Source: Klebsormidium nitens
Taxonomy: Eukaryota > Plantae > Klebsormidiophyceae
Length of the DNA stretch: 64,000 nt
Direction of reading: 5' to 3'
Assembly (NCBI GenBank): GCA_000708835.1
Contig: DF237009.1
Coordinates: 193,407 to 257,406, forward strand
The notes beneath the pieces were generated by a model that was not told where the DNA came from, did no database searches, and saw nothing but the letters and a program-made list of their open reading frames with translations. Below are positions 11,801 to 23,196 of the stretch, in pieces. Position 1 is the first letter of the stretch; the number at the start of each line of letters is the position of its first letter. Made by a program: the position numbers and the translations under genes.

Positions 11801-12557
11801 TTCTACCACGACAAGCTGACGCGGCCGGTGGCGCTGTGGATCGACGACCCGCTGCGGCCGGGGGCCAATATCGGGGCGGGCTCGTTCGCTATGTACAACG
11901 TGCAAGTGAGTCTACGGTTTGCTGTTTGACTTTTTCGTATCGCGTTCTGCCGTCACTTTTCTCGTGTCTTCGTTGGGTACCTGGTGTCCCGTATCTATCT
12001 CGTGGGATCCGCAGAGGGTTTGGCGGTTTCCTGTCACCTCATGTCCCCTCACTTGCATCGCTTTCTGTCGTTACGTCTCTTTCGTGTTTATTTGATAATT
12101 AGTCTCCCGTAGCCATGTTGTGGGATCCGCAGAGGGTTTGGCGGTCTTAGGGTGCTCTTGTTTGGGCACTTGTTCTCGTTTGCATTTTCCTCAGGCAGAT
12201 TTTAACAGTGATTTCGCTCTAGGTTGCAGTCGCTTTGCTCTCGGCACCTAAGATCGTTGGCCCTTTTTTCGAAGCATCCGTCTTTTTTCGGACTCCAGCA
12301 CGTCATTGAAAGCGTCCGCTGCCTCAGAAAGCCTCTCTATCATCTGTGCTTTGCAAATTCTCTGCACTTTTTGGGCGACGCAGCAAACAGCAGCGCTGAC
12401 ACGTGCCGCCCCTCTGTTGGCCCAGGCCGCCCTTCGAGAGATGCTGAAATTCCTGTCGACTCCCCGGGTGGCGCCTCCGCGGTTTACGGACGAGTCGTCT
12501 CTGATAGAGCAGCTATTCAGCCAGGTATACCCGGAGCGAGTTTTGAGCCGGACGTAG
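2884..12557 (+). CDS. DCD domain / disordered linker / TRF4-TENT4-like non-canonical poly(A) polymerase fusion protein
   Basis: Exons 2884-3070, 4372-4472, 5017-5115, 5324-5443, 5809-8197 (with a +1 frame change near 7867-7875), 8682-9329, 9966-10070, 10668-11102, 11777-11905, 12426-12557; all junction phases compatible. DCD motifs GGHLFLTN..EENFARQIFGLP, GLPLFLYN..LHGVFEAAS.GG, W..FPAQVRF, LLELF. Nucleotidyltransferase motifs IFGSFSTGLCLPHSDVDL, VAIDIT, LLKSYLHHRGLNDVYTGGLGSFSL, LWIDDPLRPGANIGAGSF. Confidence 0.85.
8418..8492 (+). pseudogene. Degenerate intronic copy of the start of the catalytic exon (pseudo-exon)
   Basis: Reads MFGSSSTGLCLPHSNL versus IFGSFSTGLCLPHSDV of exon 8682; acceptor CAG changed to CAA; catalytic DxD lost. 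Confidence 0.85.
12002..12145 (+). repeat. 26-bp exact direct repeat in an intron
   Basis: gtgggatccgcagagggtttggcggt at 12002-12027 and 12120-12145. Confidence 0.85.
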
Positions 12558-15500
12558 TTTGCGGAGGCATTCGAATCGTACATCTCTTAATGTACAGTAG
12601 AGGGAAAACTTTGCAAGCCCCCCTATTGTCGATGCTTGTGCAGCGAGTGGAAACGCACTGAAATGCAGAGTCCAGGTCGAAGCCTCTTTTGTCTTCCTTG
12701 ATCCTCTCCAAAGCAGATTTGAGCCTCTGCTAGGAAAGAGCCGCAGATTGCCCTACTGATCAGACGGGTTCAGTAGTAGTGAGGTCGTTTACGACGGGAC
12801 CATGGGGACCATGCCATGGCTACTAAAGACAGGTTGCTGAATTGCATGGCTCTATTGGCAGCCTGACCCGAACCACCTGCGTTGCGGGAAGCTACATTGA
12901 CACGAACTGATCTTAGGAGTGATAAATATGACGCCATGTGGAGCACTTATCGGAACGGATCGTAGATAGGGGTGGGTATTTAGAGATAGTTGGGCCCTGT
13001 GTTAGCTGTCCTATCACGCACTCCTAGGAGGTCAAGGAATTTTGGAACACTGCCTCTGCTTCGCCCTCGGAAAGCCATGAAGAAGGTGCTTAAGATTCAA
13101 GCATTTGAGTCCTGTGTATAGTGTACTTCTGGCTATGAGCTGGTTGGGTTAGCGCAGAGTTGGGATCTGGCTTTTTGTTGCATATGATGTTAGTCCATTG
13201 AACCGATCGTCGACGTTCATGTTACAAGTACGTCTGGTCGTATATATTGCAGTCATTTAGAAATCGGAATAATACATGCACGTGAGCTGATATCGCTGCA
13301 AGACTGCGCATGACACGCCAATGTACATGCACATGTGTCACGCAAAATTATAAGCTCTGTCACTACATTTTGTTTCGCGAGCTTCCTAGTGGCTAGCGTG
13401 CATTTTGATAAAGATTGAATATCTAGCTATACGCGCTGGAGTTGGACCACGATATAATTTGATTGGATTGATCTCAGCTTCACTGGACGTAAGCTAGCTT
13501 TGCGCTAGTGGCGTTTATGTAGCCAAGCTCAACTTCGCACAGAGCTGCAAGCAGGGCGGCTAGCTGGCAGTCGTGCGGCTCATGCCTACAAGTGTAAGAT
13601 GATTTCTCCAACTTCTTTCTTGAGTTGAGCATCTAGAGCTTTGGGATGGATATTTCACCAAACTCGGTTTGAAGGTTGGATCTGATAAAGCTGCCAATGA
13701 AGGATGAACAAATGAATTAGTTGCTTGTACCATGCAGCTGCCTTCATGAAAGCAACACGCTTCCTCATATGAACGCGACCTCTGGACCTTTGGCACTGCT
13801 TGCACAATGACGCTTAGTTTCAGAGTAGAAGGTCCAAGTAGACTTCCCGTTCTATGATTCCAAGTCTTGACATCATTTCACGTGGTGGAATGGTGCTTGC
13901 TGAGACTTGATAAAGTGAGCGAGCGCTATGTCGAGATGAGGCATGCGCGAATGGCGCCCGAGCTCCGTGTGAGTCGCCTCAAAATGCAACGTAAAGCCTC
14001 CATTCCAACTTCAAGCAATCCATTACCTTAAGGACTCTGACTTACTCTGAGAAGACAAGAAAGCCTGAATGCTGAATGACATGGGAGAATCGTGGAGCTG
14101 TATTTGCAGAAGGCGTTCGACGCGGAGTGATCCCCGGAGGACCCTGAAGAAATTGGATTCCTGTGTGAGAGCATCCGTCGATGCAGAGAAATCGACGCTG
14201 CTGAGGATTCGCCTGTCAGCGCAGAGTGGCACACAGATGCCGTTGGATACGACGCGCTCCATAGTCTTTGGATCGGACGGTCAAAGATGGATTTGGCGAT
14301 CAACCGTCGTCTGATTGGCTGCCGCTCGCCGGAACAAAACTGGGTACGGCCGGGCCAAGCATGTTGTTGAGAGTACCGTCACGTGCGTACAGTTGTACCT
14401 TACCTATACCGTAGTGCAGGCATGCAGAAAATCGGAGCTCAGTCTCCAGATTGATGACTCACTAAGTAGTTGGAGCTGAGCTGCTCCACAGAGCCACCTG
14501 AGGCAGCGCGGCAGCTCCAGCAAACAAACGTTAATTAAGCTGGCTAGTCACACCAGTTTACTAAACGAGCTCAATGAAGACGGGTGGGGTTAAGGGCCGT
14601 GAGCACGGATGCGGGAGCAGGCAAAGATATTTGGGTTTAAGTGTTGCTTTAGTCTTCTTTTGAGTTGGTTCAATCATAATAATCACGAAATCAGCCAAAA
14701 TCTCGACACGCCTCATTGCCGCAGCCTGAGTGCTTCAGTGCAGTCATTGAGCCAACTAATTGAAGCCTGCAGCTCATAGCTGGCCACTGGTTTTAGATAA
14801 CACTTGATCCAGTTGAAGCTGACCTTCCTAAACGTGGCTGTTTGCGGGCCTGGGCCGCTGTCACGGATGAGGAAACGTAGGACTGATGACGTCATTGGGA
14901 TGTCAGGGCTTTCTCCTGGCACCCCTCAGCTAGCACTCCCGTCTTCTCTTCTGCATGAGCAGCCGTTAGCTTCGGAACTTTATATTACAACATCGGCAGT
15001 GTCTGAGGGCAAGACTCAATCCGGCCGCTGTTCAATCTGTGTTGACACCGAAACTGGTGACCAAAGGAAGAAACAGCTGGTCTGCTAATGGCGCCCGATT
15101 TGATGGAGGGGGCAGCCCGCCAAAGAGCCAAGGGCGAGCTTTCTGCAATTTGCGGATCCAAATGAGCTTACCCGTGAACATAAGGTTATGCTGAGTTGCG
15201 AACAAAACGCTATGCTGAGCTACATCATTAGGAAGGTTCCAAAATGACCCCAGGTGAGCTCCGCTAGCTGACGAGATTGCCATACGGAGCTCGTCTGCTA
15301 CACTCGCTCGAGCGTGTCACACCTTTCTGCTTTCATGAGTCAGATTCTTCCATGCATTTGACACTAGGTGCGAACTGCGAGTTGCAAGTTGAGGTGCCAC
15401 CTTCAAGTGCATAAATTTACAGAACGGGCAGTCCCTTGGGAAGATTCAAAGGCTGACGTCGCGATCGTGCTGCTCCATGTGCGAACCCCCCTGTTCTGCA

Positions 15501-15813
15501 CATGCAGATGAACAACCCCTGCTAAGCTTGCACCCCCAGAGGGTTTCAGGTGGAACGGCCACCAAAGCAGCGGACCTGCGCACGGCAGCTTGCCCGCACA
15601 CCATCAGCCCAAGTCTACTTAGGGGCTTTTGACAGGTTGACAATAGATAAGTAGCACCGACCCATCCCGCGTCCGGCAGCTCGTGGGCCAAAACAATCTC
15701 TGCTGCCCTTAAGGACTCTGGTTAGGGGCTTAGCAACAGACTGACCGTACTTAGACGACGCGCAAATCAGATACGGAAGCTGCTTCCCCCAAAGGCTAAT
15801 CTTCTAGCACAAG

Positions 15814-18800
15814 ATGTGTGAGAAGGCAGCTGGCAAAGCTCATCGGGGCGGGGACGGATCCAGGTCGCGGCACCCCCCCAAGTCGGAACCAGATGTCCCT
15901 TCCCTCACCAAAATGTCCCCAGCGCTTTGGCGGGCCCTCAGCCGAGGTTTCGGCGACCGCACCGGGACAGTCCCCCTAGTCTTGGCGCTTTTGGTCGCCC
16001 TCAGCCTTTTCTCGTCGTGCTTCTCGGAAGTCCAAATCGAGGGGGCCTACTCGGATTACATGCAACGGGTGCTCTCGTCGATAGTCACCCCTCCAAAAGT
16101 GTATCCGGGGTTGATTAAACGGCACGGGGTGAAGTTTCCGCGGGTGTCGCATGCGCACGGGGACGGGGATTTGGCTGAGGATGACAAGGGAGGGTTCAGT
16201 AGAGAAGCAACGGTTTTCGGGGAAGAACGTGGGGTCTCCGGATCAGCAGTTCGGGAGCTTTCGGAGGCAGTACGCGAGAAGATAGGGATCGTCCAAACAG
16301 TGTTCAATCCTGCGCAGGGGGCCTTCCTTGTGACGGCAAATAACTCAAGTCTGGTAGAGGAAGTCGGCAGTTCCGGCCAGCTGGTCAGCGTTGGTAACCT
16401 AGTGCTTAACCTCACTAACCCGAGCCTGATCAACCTCACTAATCCGATCATACTCGATCCCCTCGTCCTGCCTAACCCAGTGAACTCGAGCCTGGCTAAA
16501 CACGAGGGTTTGAGCTTAGTTACGCTGAACCTAAGCTCAGGTCTCAACGTCAGTCGAGTCACGCCGCCCCCGGTCGTTCTCACGTCGACCGGGGGCAAGT
16601 CGAGCTCAAAGGGTATGATGCCGACGCCCAAGTTTTGGCCGGCCGCGTTTTACAAGCCCGGGAGCGCCGCTTATGATAAGCGCTGCGACCTCGGGGACGG
16701 GGAGTGGGTTCTCGGGCCGAAACGGATGAACATCTCCAACTGTCCGTTTGCGTCGCAAACGAAGGAACGGTGCGCGTGGCGCTTTGCGCGGGAGCCCAAC
16801 TACCGGGACTTCCGGTGGCAGCCGCGCGGCTGCGCGCTGCCGGAGTTTGACGCCAGGTGAGAGCGGCTGACTGAGGGGCGGTTGCGAATTCCAGATGGTG
16901 TCAAGTATGTGGAGCTCTCCCAAGAAGAAAGGGGCCGAGCTTCGATGCCTTAATATAACAGAGACATTTTGGGTGAAGCAGTCACTCTAGGAATATTGTG
17001 TGAAGGTGCGCATATTTGACACGTAGTAATTGTATGCAAATTGTGGATAAGAGCCAATGGAAGGCGACTGAACGACTTCTGTAGCAACAGGAAAAAGAGA
17101 AATGTGGTCACCCAGGCACCAAGCGAAGCACGCTTATGGAGGAGCCCTTTCAGACCTCCCGAAATTTCAAGCCTTCATCTTTCAACAACCAGCGCTTGAA
17201 CAATCAAGCTTTCAGGTTTCGGGAAGATCTGAGAATCACTGTTCATCGTCCTGGAGCTTCTTCAAACCAATCGGACATCTCCGTAAGGTCTCCGCACAGG
17301 ACCTTCTTACTACTCTGGCCCAACAGGACGATTCTCGCAAAGCCAACTCCATCAAAGACTTGCATTGATACGTGTCAATTCTTTCAATGCTGCACCAACA
17401 GGACAACATTTGCAGCGCTCCTTGTAATCTCAAGCTCCCTCTAAACATCCAGTCTTTCCGCGCAGCTCCTTCTTACACCGGTGGGCCAACAAGACGATCC
17501 TCGTCGCGGGGGACTCGCTCGGCCGCAACTTCTACGGCTCCTTCATGTGCCACCTGTCGCACGGGGGATCCCTCAACTTGGACGCGAACGCGAGCGCGGC
17601 CGCGGGGTTCCAGATCTTCCGGAACGAGGAGCACAACATCACGATCGGGCGGGCGATGTCCGAGTTTCTGGTGATGAAAGAAACCAGTCAAGAGGCGTTC
17701 TCGCGCCTTAATCAGGTATGGCGTTAACCATTGTTGGTTAGCCCTGTAAGGCCTCTTCGTAACCTCTACTAATAGGGTTTGGGCAGCCTGATAGTCGCGA
17801 ATCAGGCGTTGAGCTCAGGCGTTGAGCGCATTAGCTAGCAGTTCACTTTCCTGGTGAACAAGAGATTTGTTTTCCAACTTGACTAAGCGCGTCAATTATC
17901 GTCGTGTAAACCAACCAGGGTTACTGAGCATGCCGTCAACCATGTTTGTAGGCCGTCGGGTGAAGCAATGTTTCCGGAATCCGCTCGCCAAACCTGCTCT
18001 CATTGTGACCGAAATATCTCCCGGCACTTCTCTTGGGGCCGCAGTTGCGGATCTGTCGAGGCTTATCACTCTTTCCGTGCAGACCGCCAAACGGTAACCG
18101 GCCTTTTCTAACGTCGGTCGTTCAAAGCTCTTGAACATCAGGAAAAGCTCAGAGTTCTGCGGCAGCCTTCGGAAAGCCGAATAGAGTCCTTTCTCAAGGT
18201 CTCAGGACACGTCGCGCCCTTTTCAAACCATCGGGCCAAGCCCTTCCTCTCTCATCTTCGTTCTCATGCCCGCTTCGTTCCGAGCGTCGAGATACGCGCA
18301 TTAGCAGATTGCCACAAAAAAATCTTTTGCATTCTCACCATCAATTCGGCGTCCGATGTCATTCTGACTGTCGCTCTCGCGCGCTCGCAGACGATTGAAA
18401 AGTATCGGTTCGTTCCCAGCTCGAAGAACCGTTTCCGCATTCTCAAAGCTTCGCTTCGATCTGAACCCCGCTCTCCCCGCGCTCGCAGACCGCCGGGAAG
18501 AACGGGTTCATCCTCCAGATCGACCGGGCCGACCCGCTGTGGGCCATACTAATCCAANNNNNNNNNNNNNNNNNNNNNNNNNNNNNNNNNNNNNNNNNNN
18601 NNNNNNNNNNNNNNNNNNNNNNNNNNNNNNNNNNNNNNNNNNNNNNNNNNNNNNNNNNNNNNNNNNNNNNNNNNNNNNNNNNNNNNNNNNNNNNNNNNNN
18701 NNNNNNNNNNNNNNNNNNNNNNNNNNNNNNNNNNNNNNNNNNNNNNNNNNNNNNNNNNNNNNNNNNNNNNNNNNNNNNNNNNNNNNNNNNNNNNNNNNNN

Positions 18801-20965
18801 NNNNNNNNNNTTCTCCAGATCGACCGGGCCGACCCGCTGTGGGCCCGACTGCTGCCCCGCGCGGACCTACTGATTCTCAACTCGGGCCACTGGTGGATGG
18901 GCGGCGGCAAGGAGAAGCTCTTCGTGCTGGACGGGGAATACCGCCCCGATCTCAGCTGGAGCCGCGCCTTCCGCATGTAAGATGCTTCCCCAGAATAGTT
19001 ATACAGCTTCTCCCGATCAACCTGCCAGTTTTAGTGTCATCTAATTAAGACTAATTTCACTCAACATCAGATCGACTAAGTTAGTCTAAAATATTCACTA
19101 AAACTGGCAGGTTGCTCGGAAGAAGTGTAACAAGCTCAATTCAAAGTGAGAACGAAGCTAACACTACCCCTACAGTCACCCGCTCCGCACCCGTGCCCAC
19201 CCTAACCCCCAGACTAACCCCACCCGTCCCAGTACTATAAGTTGAGCTTACTATACCCTTTTTTGGAATATGACGATACAAGCCTCATGTGCTCGGTTAA
19301 GGAATGGGGTAGGCAAGTCGTATCGATTTCAGGTTAACATGCAGCCAGTTCGAGATAGATCAGTTGCCGGGGGACGGGTAGGGTTACTTTTGGGGTTAGG
19401 GCGGAGCAGATGAGATTGCATCTAGGGTTTTGATTCAGTGCGGCCTCCCGCTTTTGCTTGTGTATCTCGACCTGGCTCAGCGCAACCTGAACGATCGAGA
19501 CTTACGAGTAGGAACCTGTATCTGAGACTATACCCATGCTTTGTGCTTAGTGGAACGGTGAACTGGATCAAAGCTGCGTTCAGGTTGAGGTCGAGCCACA
19601 TTTAGCAAGGTAGACGGTTTGTGAACCCTCCTTCGACTTCTCCACTTACTTTTCACTGCATGAAAATGATCCGACGGACTCCGGATCCTTCTGTTTCATT
19701 CTTCTCTTTCTGCTCTTTCCGCAACACCGAAAACCCGTCGAGAATGAGCCATATCTAGCAAGAAAGCATTATCTGAACCCCTCCTTTGATCTTCTACACT
19801 TTTTCTACAATGGAACTCAAGGGAATCGGTTCCTTCCGTTTGAAACTTCTCTTTCCGTTTGTCCGTAGCGGAATGAAGCATGTCCGGAAAGCTGTGGAGA
19901 GGTCCGGCTTCAACGGCACCGCCATCTTCCGGACGTTTTCTCCTTCGCACTACCAAAAGGGCGGCTGGAACTCCGGCGGAACGTGCGACGCAACGGAACC
20001 GAACCCGCAGCTCCAACTCGATCCGTACGTCCGAAAGTGAGGCCCCGCTTTCGGACGGCTCCTGAGACCCGCGCTTGCGGACGCTCTCTTCGAGTCAACC
20101 CGCTGTTCTGCCCTGCCGCGCTGAGGTTTAGATCGGACAGTCCTTGATCAAGCTTCCCTCTTGGCTTTCTCAAAAGGTCGGAAGCGAGAACCTCCGACAA
20201 CTAATCGCGGTTTCCAGGCTGCTTTCTAGTAAGTATTCTGGCCCAAAAGTTCGTCTACTCAAGATAAGCGACTTCCGATGCCAGACACCTCGCGAAAGTT
20301 GCGTGCGCAGCTTCATAACGGACGTTGTTACAACCCCGCTTTGCAGCCGCGCAGTAGCTCCAACTCGTGTGGGCATTGGAGATACTGCGCGAGCAGTGTC
20401 GGTCTTCGCGACATGTGTCGCACAAAGCATCTCGTTTGAGCAATCTTTACAGGCTTGGGCCTCTCCTACAAAGATTCCTTCACGCGGTATCCTGACAGTA
20501 TCTTGAGCTTTTGCGCTTTTGGCCTTCGCTTGAGATTGGCAGGAGAAGGTTGCCCCTTGAAACCATCGCCCATTCTGGAAGTGACCTGCGGACATCTTAC
20601 TCCGGACCCCAATCATTAGGAACGAAACAGGACGCCTCAATCGGGCTTCTATCCCTCGGAAATTCACAGTGTGTCACGTGCAGCTTCTGACCATATGATT
20701 CTCACTCCAGGCAATCAGAAAACTGAAAGACACACCTCCTTTTGCCCCCAGTTTCCTCGACTTGACGCGCATGGTCTTTGCCAACTCGACGTTCCAAGTG
20801 ATGGAGATCAGCCGGCTCAGCGCCTACCGCAGAGACGGCCACGTGGGCCCCATCGCGGGCGCGAGCGCGACACGTGGCGTCCAGGCGGACTGCACCCACT
20901 GGTGCGCGGAGGGTGTGACGGACGCATGGGTGGACATTCTGCAAGCCATGCTGCGGACGGAATGA
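15814..20965 (+). CDS. TBL: Trichome birefringence-like (TBL / PC-esterase) polysaccharide O-acetyltransferase
   Basis: N-terminal TM segment (VPLVLALLVALSLFSSCF), CDL.DGEW...CPF...FRWQPRGC.LP.FD, GDS motif (ILVAGDSLGRN), NSGHWW, FRTFSPSHY..GGWNSGGTC, DCTHWC..GV.D.W. Exons about 15814-16856, 17466-17715, ~18489-18976 (spans gap), 19869-~20023, 20752-20965. Confidence 0.92.
18558..18810. other. Assembly gap (N run) inside a TBL exon; both flanks carry the same 33-bp sequence
   Basis: 253 N; ctccagatcgaccgggccgacccgctgtgggcc occurs on both sides. Confidence 0.97.
18998..19131. repeat. Long inverted repeat (hairpin) in TBL intron
   Basis: cttctcccgatcaacctgccagttttagtg (19007-19036) pairs with cactaaaactggcaggttgctcggaagaag (19096-19125); pairing extends to about 55 bp per arm with a ~25-nt loop. 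Confidence 0.85.
19158..19430. repeat. Foldback element of a dispersed G/C-rich telomere-like repeat family
   Basis: Left arm cctaacccccagactaaccccacccgtccc is an imperfect reverse complement of right arm gggacgggtagggttactttttggggttaggg; related copies at 1261-1303, 29221-29270 and 41091-41170. Confidence 0.7.
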
Positions 20966-21190
20966 TTGTGGACGGAAAGGCTGTGGTGCGGAACAGATGT
21001 GGACGGAATGGCGGCGGATGAGGTGATTGTGCACCGAGTGGCTTGAAGAGAAATGATTGAGGGCGGAACGTTGCGGACGGATTGGTGGCAGACGGGATGA
21101 ATGCGGACGGTGGCTGTGAAGGGGATATTTAAGGGCCCAAAGGATTGCGGACGGAACGACTGCGAACGGAATGACGGACGGAGATCATTG
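20945..21190 (+). repeat. Degenerate tandem (t)gcggacgga(atg) repeats at the TBL 3' end
   Basis: Many gcggacgg / gtggacgg / gacggacgg variants in about 250 bp. Confidence 0.65.
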
Positions 21191-23196
21191 CGGGTGGATC
21201 ATCTACTGCCCATAGCATAAATGGAGGGATGACGCTGAGCGTTGGCGGGCTCTGTATAAGTGGACCGGACGGAAGGAGGCAAGCGGACGGAAAATTTGCG
21301 TCCGGAAATATCGATCGAGGAACGGACGAAGAACGACTTCGGACGCCGGCCGGAAGTGTCCGGATAGGGGCGGACCGAAATCGAAGATTGGTAGTAAAGT
21401 ATGCAGGAATTCTGTAAACTCAGAGCAGGTAAAGTTTCATACCGTAACAAATACTAGTGCTAGGCTTCACTAGAGTGAATGTTGGCAGAACATTCAAGAT
21501 AGGTGAAGAGTTGCTAGGGGATAGACGCAAACGTGCGCGCAGCTGGCGCTTTAGCTTTGACTCTCCAAAGAGCGCTTTGGTTTCTGACATTCCGCCTTAA
21601 AAGCTGGCCTGTTTGGGCGGTCGTTACTCTAAGTTCAACGGCCGGTTTGCATTCACGCAGTCAATCTAATCTAAGAAAGTAACCAGGTTTTGCGAAACCC
21701 ATGTACGTACGTAGAGAGACGAGTGGCCCGCGCATTCGTCTCCGAAACGTTCAGATGACATAAGAAGCTCGCGAACACTGAGTGGCGAACAAATTTTTCA
21801 AGTATGAAAAGCGCTCAAAGGGATTACATGACGCGCATAGTGCCTGGGAATCATCCGAATTCATCATGAGGCGCACCTCAGCGCAAAATGGAAGCAGGAC
21901 ACATGCGCGCACATTAGGAAGCCTTGGAATGGTTGATTTGTTTTCATCTGCAAATGAGTCGGCAGGGTTGACTGGATATGTATGGAGGCTTATTCGCCAA
22001 ATGATGCTCGTTACGTGCGGTTTCGCCTCGCAGGATCTTTCATATTCACCACCGTACTCGAGATGGCACAGTACATTGTAGGTCACTCACTGCGAGTCGT
22101 AACGATCGCGTGGGACTTTACTGAGATCGAGGGCCACATATCCTATGAAAACACACTTAACGAGTCCGACAAAGATTGTATACCCGCTCTGCGTATACTT
22201 GGACCGGTACCCTCGTCACCTCAGATCAGTCAACAGAAAGCCAAACGTTCCCGGCAGAGGCCCTCTGACTTAGCAATCGATGATCATTCTTGGAAGCGTT
22301 TCGATATCTGCGAGATGTCCTTTTCCCCGGCCATGCGCCGTCGGCACGTACTAGCTCTTAGCTCTTCTAGCATCGTCTTACACACTTGACGAAGTTGTGC
22401 GTGCTTGCGTGTGAAACAAGCTGTGCCCGCAGTCGCGACTTCAGCTCGTCTCGTCAATCATCGTAATTCTCGCCTTTAGCACTTACTTACACCTCATGGT
22501 ATCTGATTATGCAGATTAGAACGTACCCGTGTCTACTTGCAAGCCGTTCAAGCTTAATGCAGCTGCACTTTTCGCCAAATCACGGCCACACGGAATGTCA
22601 CACTGAGAATTATCCGCAGAAATACTGGTCGATACAGCCATGTAGATGAGCTCATTCTACAACAGTTGGTTCCATTTTAGCGAGCAGAGCAATGTTTGTC
22701 CACATCACCTAATGATGTCTACCTGGCACGGCCCGCTAGCTGTCAATCAGAAGTTATCCTACCTCAGGTCAGAAACTCTCCCGCGTGAATTATGGTACAC
22801 TCTCCCGCGAACTTGCTCGTCTACTTACACAAGCGAGCCGCCTTATTATTGCTCTATGCGTCCCAACGGTTTTGGAGGCCTGAGTTGCGCGTACTTGATC
22901 TCTGGATAATATCCCTATCCCCATCCCTATTATGGTCACACTTGACGATTATCTTACAAGGCGGTGGCCCTTTTATGTTCCGACTCTTGGTTTGTACCTA
23001 CCGGTCAACTTTGGCGCCTCTAAGTTTAACCTTCCTATGATTTGCGAGAAACAAGCAAGCCTCCAAACCATTATGTGTCACTATCACCTTCAAGCAAAGG
23101 GCCTCGGGGCTCGCGTGCCCGACCGCCCGGTCTCTGCCTACCAAGCTACCTTTTCTCATATTTGATAGTGCCCGGTTCTGAATCACCGGGCGCTTC

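Noticed and set aside
12700-15800. Intergenic region with scattered short ORFs (also 21500-23100 and 55600-56900)
   Set aside because: No motifs, no consistent splice chain and no terminal repeats found by eye; RNA genes were looked for and not recognised.
18500-18850. Apparent tandem duplication of a TBL exon segment (LQIDRADPLWA)
   Set aside because: The two copies flank the N gap directly, so overlapping contig ends are the simplest explanation; a true exon echo cannot be excluded without reads.
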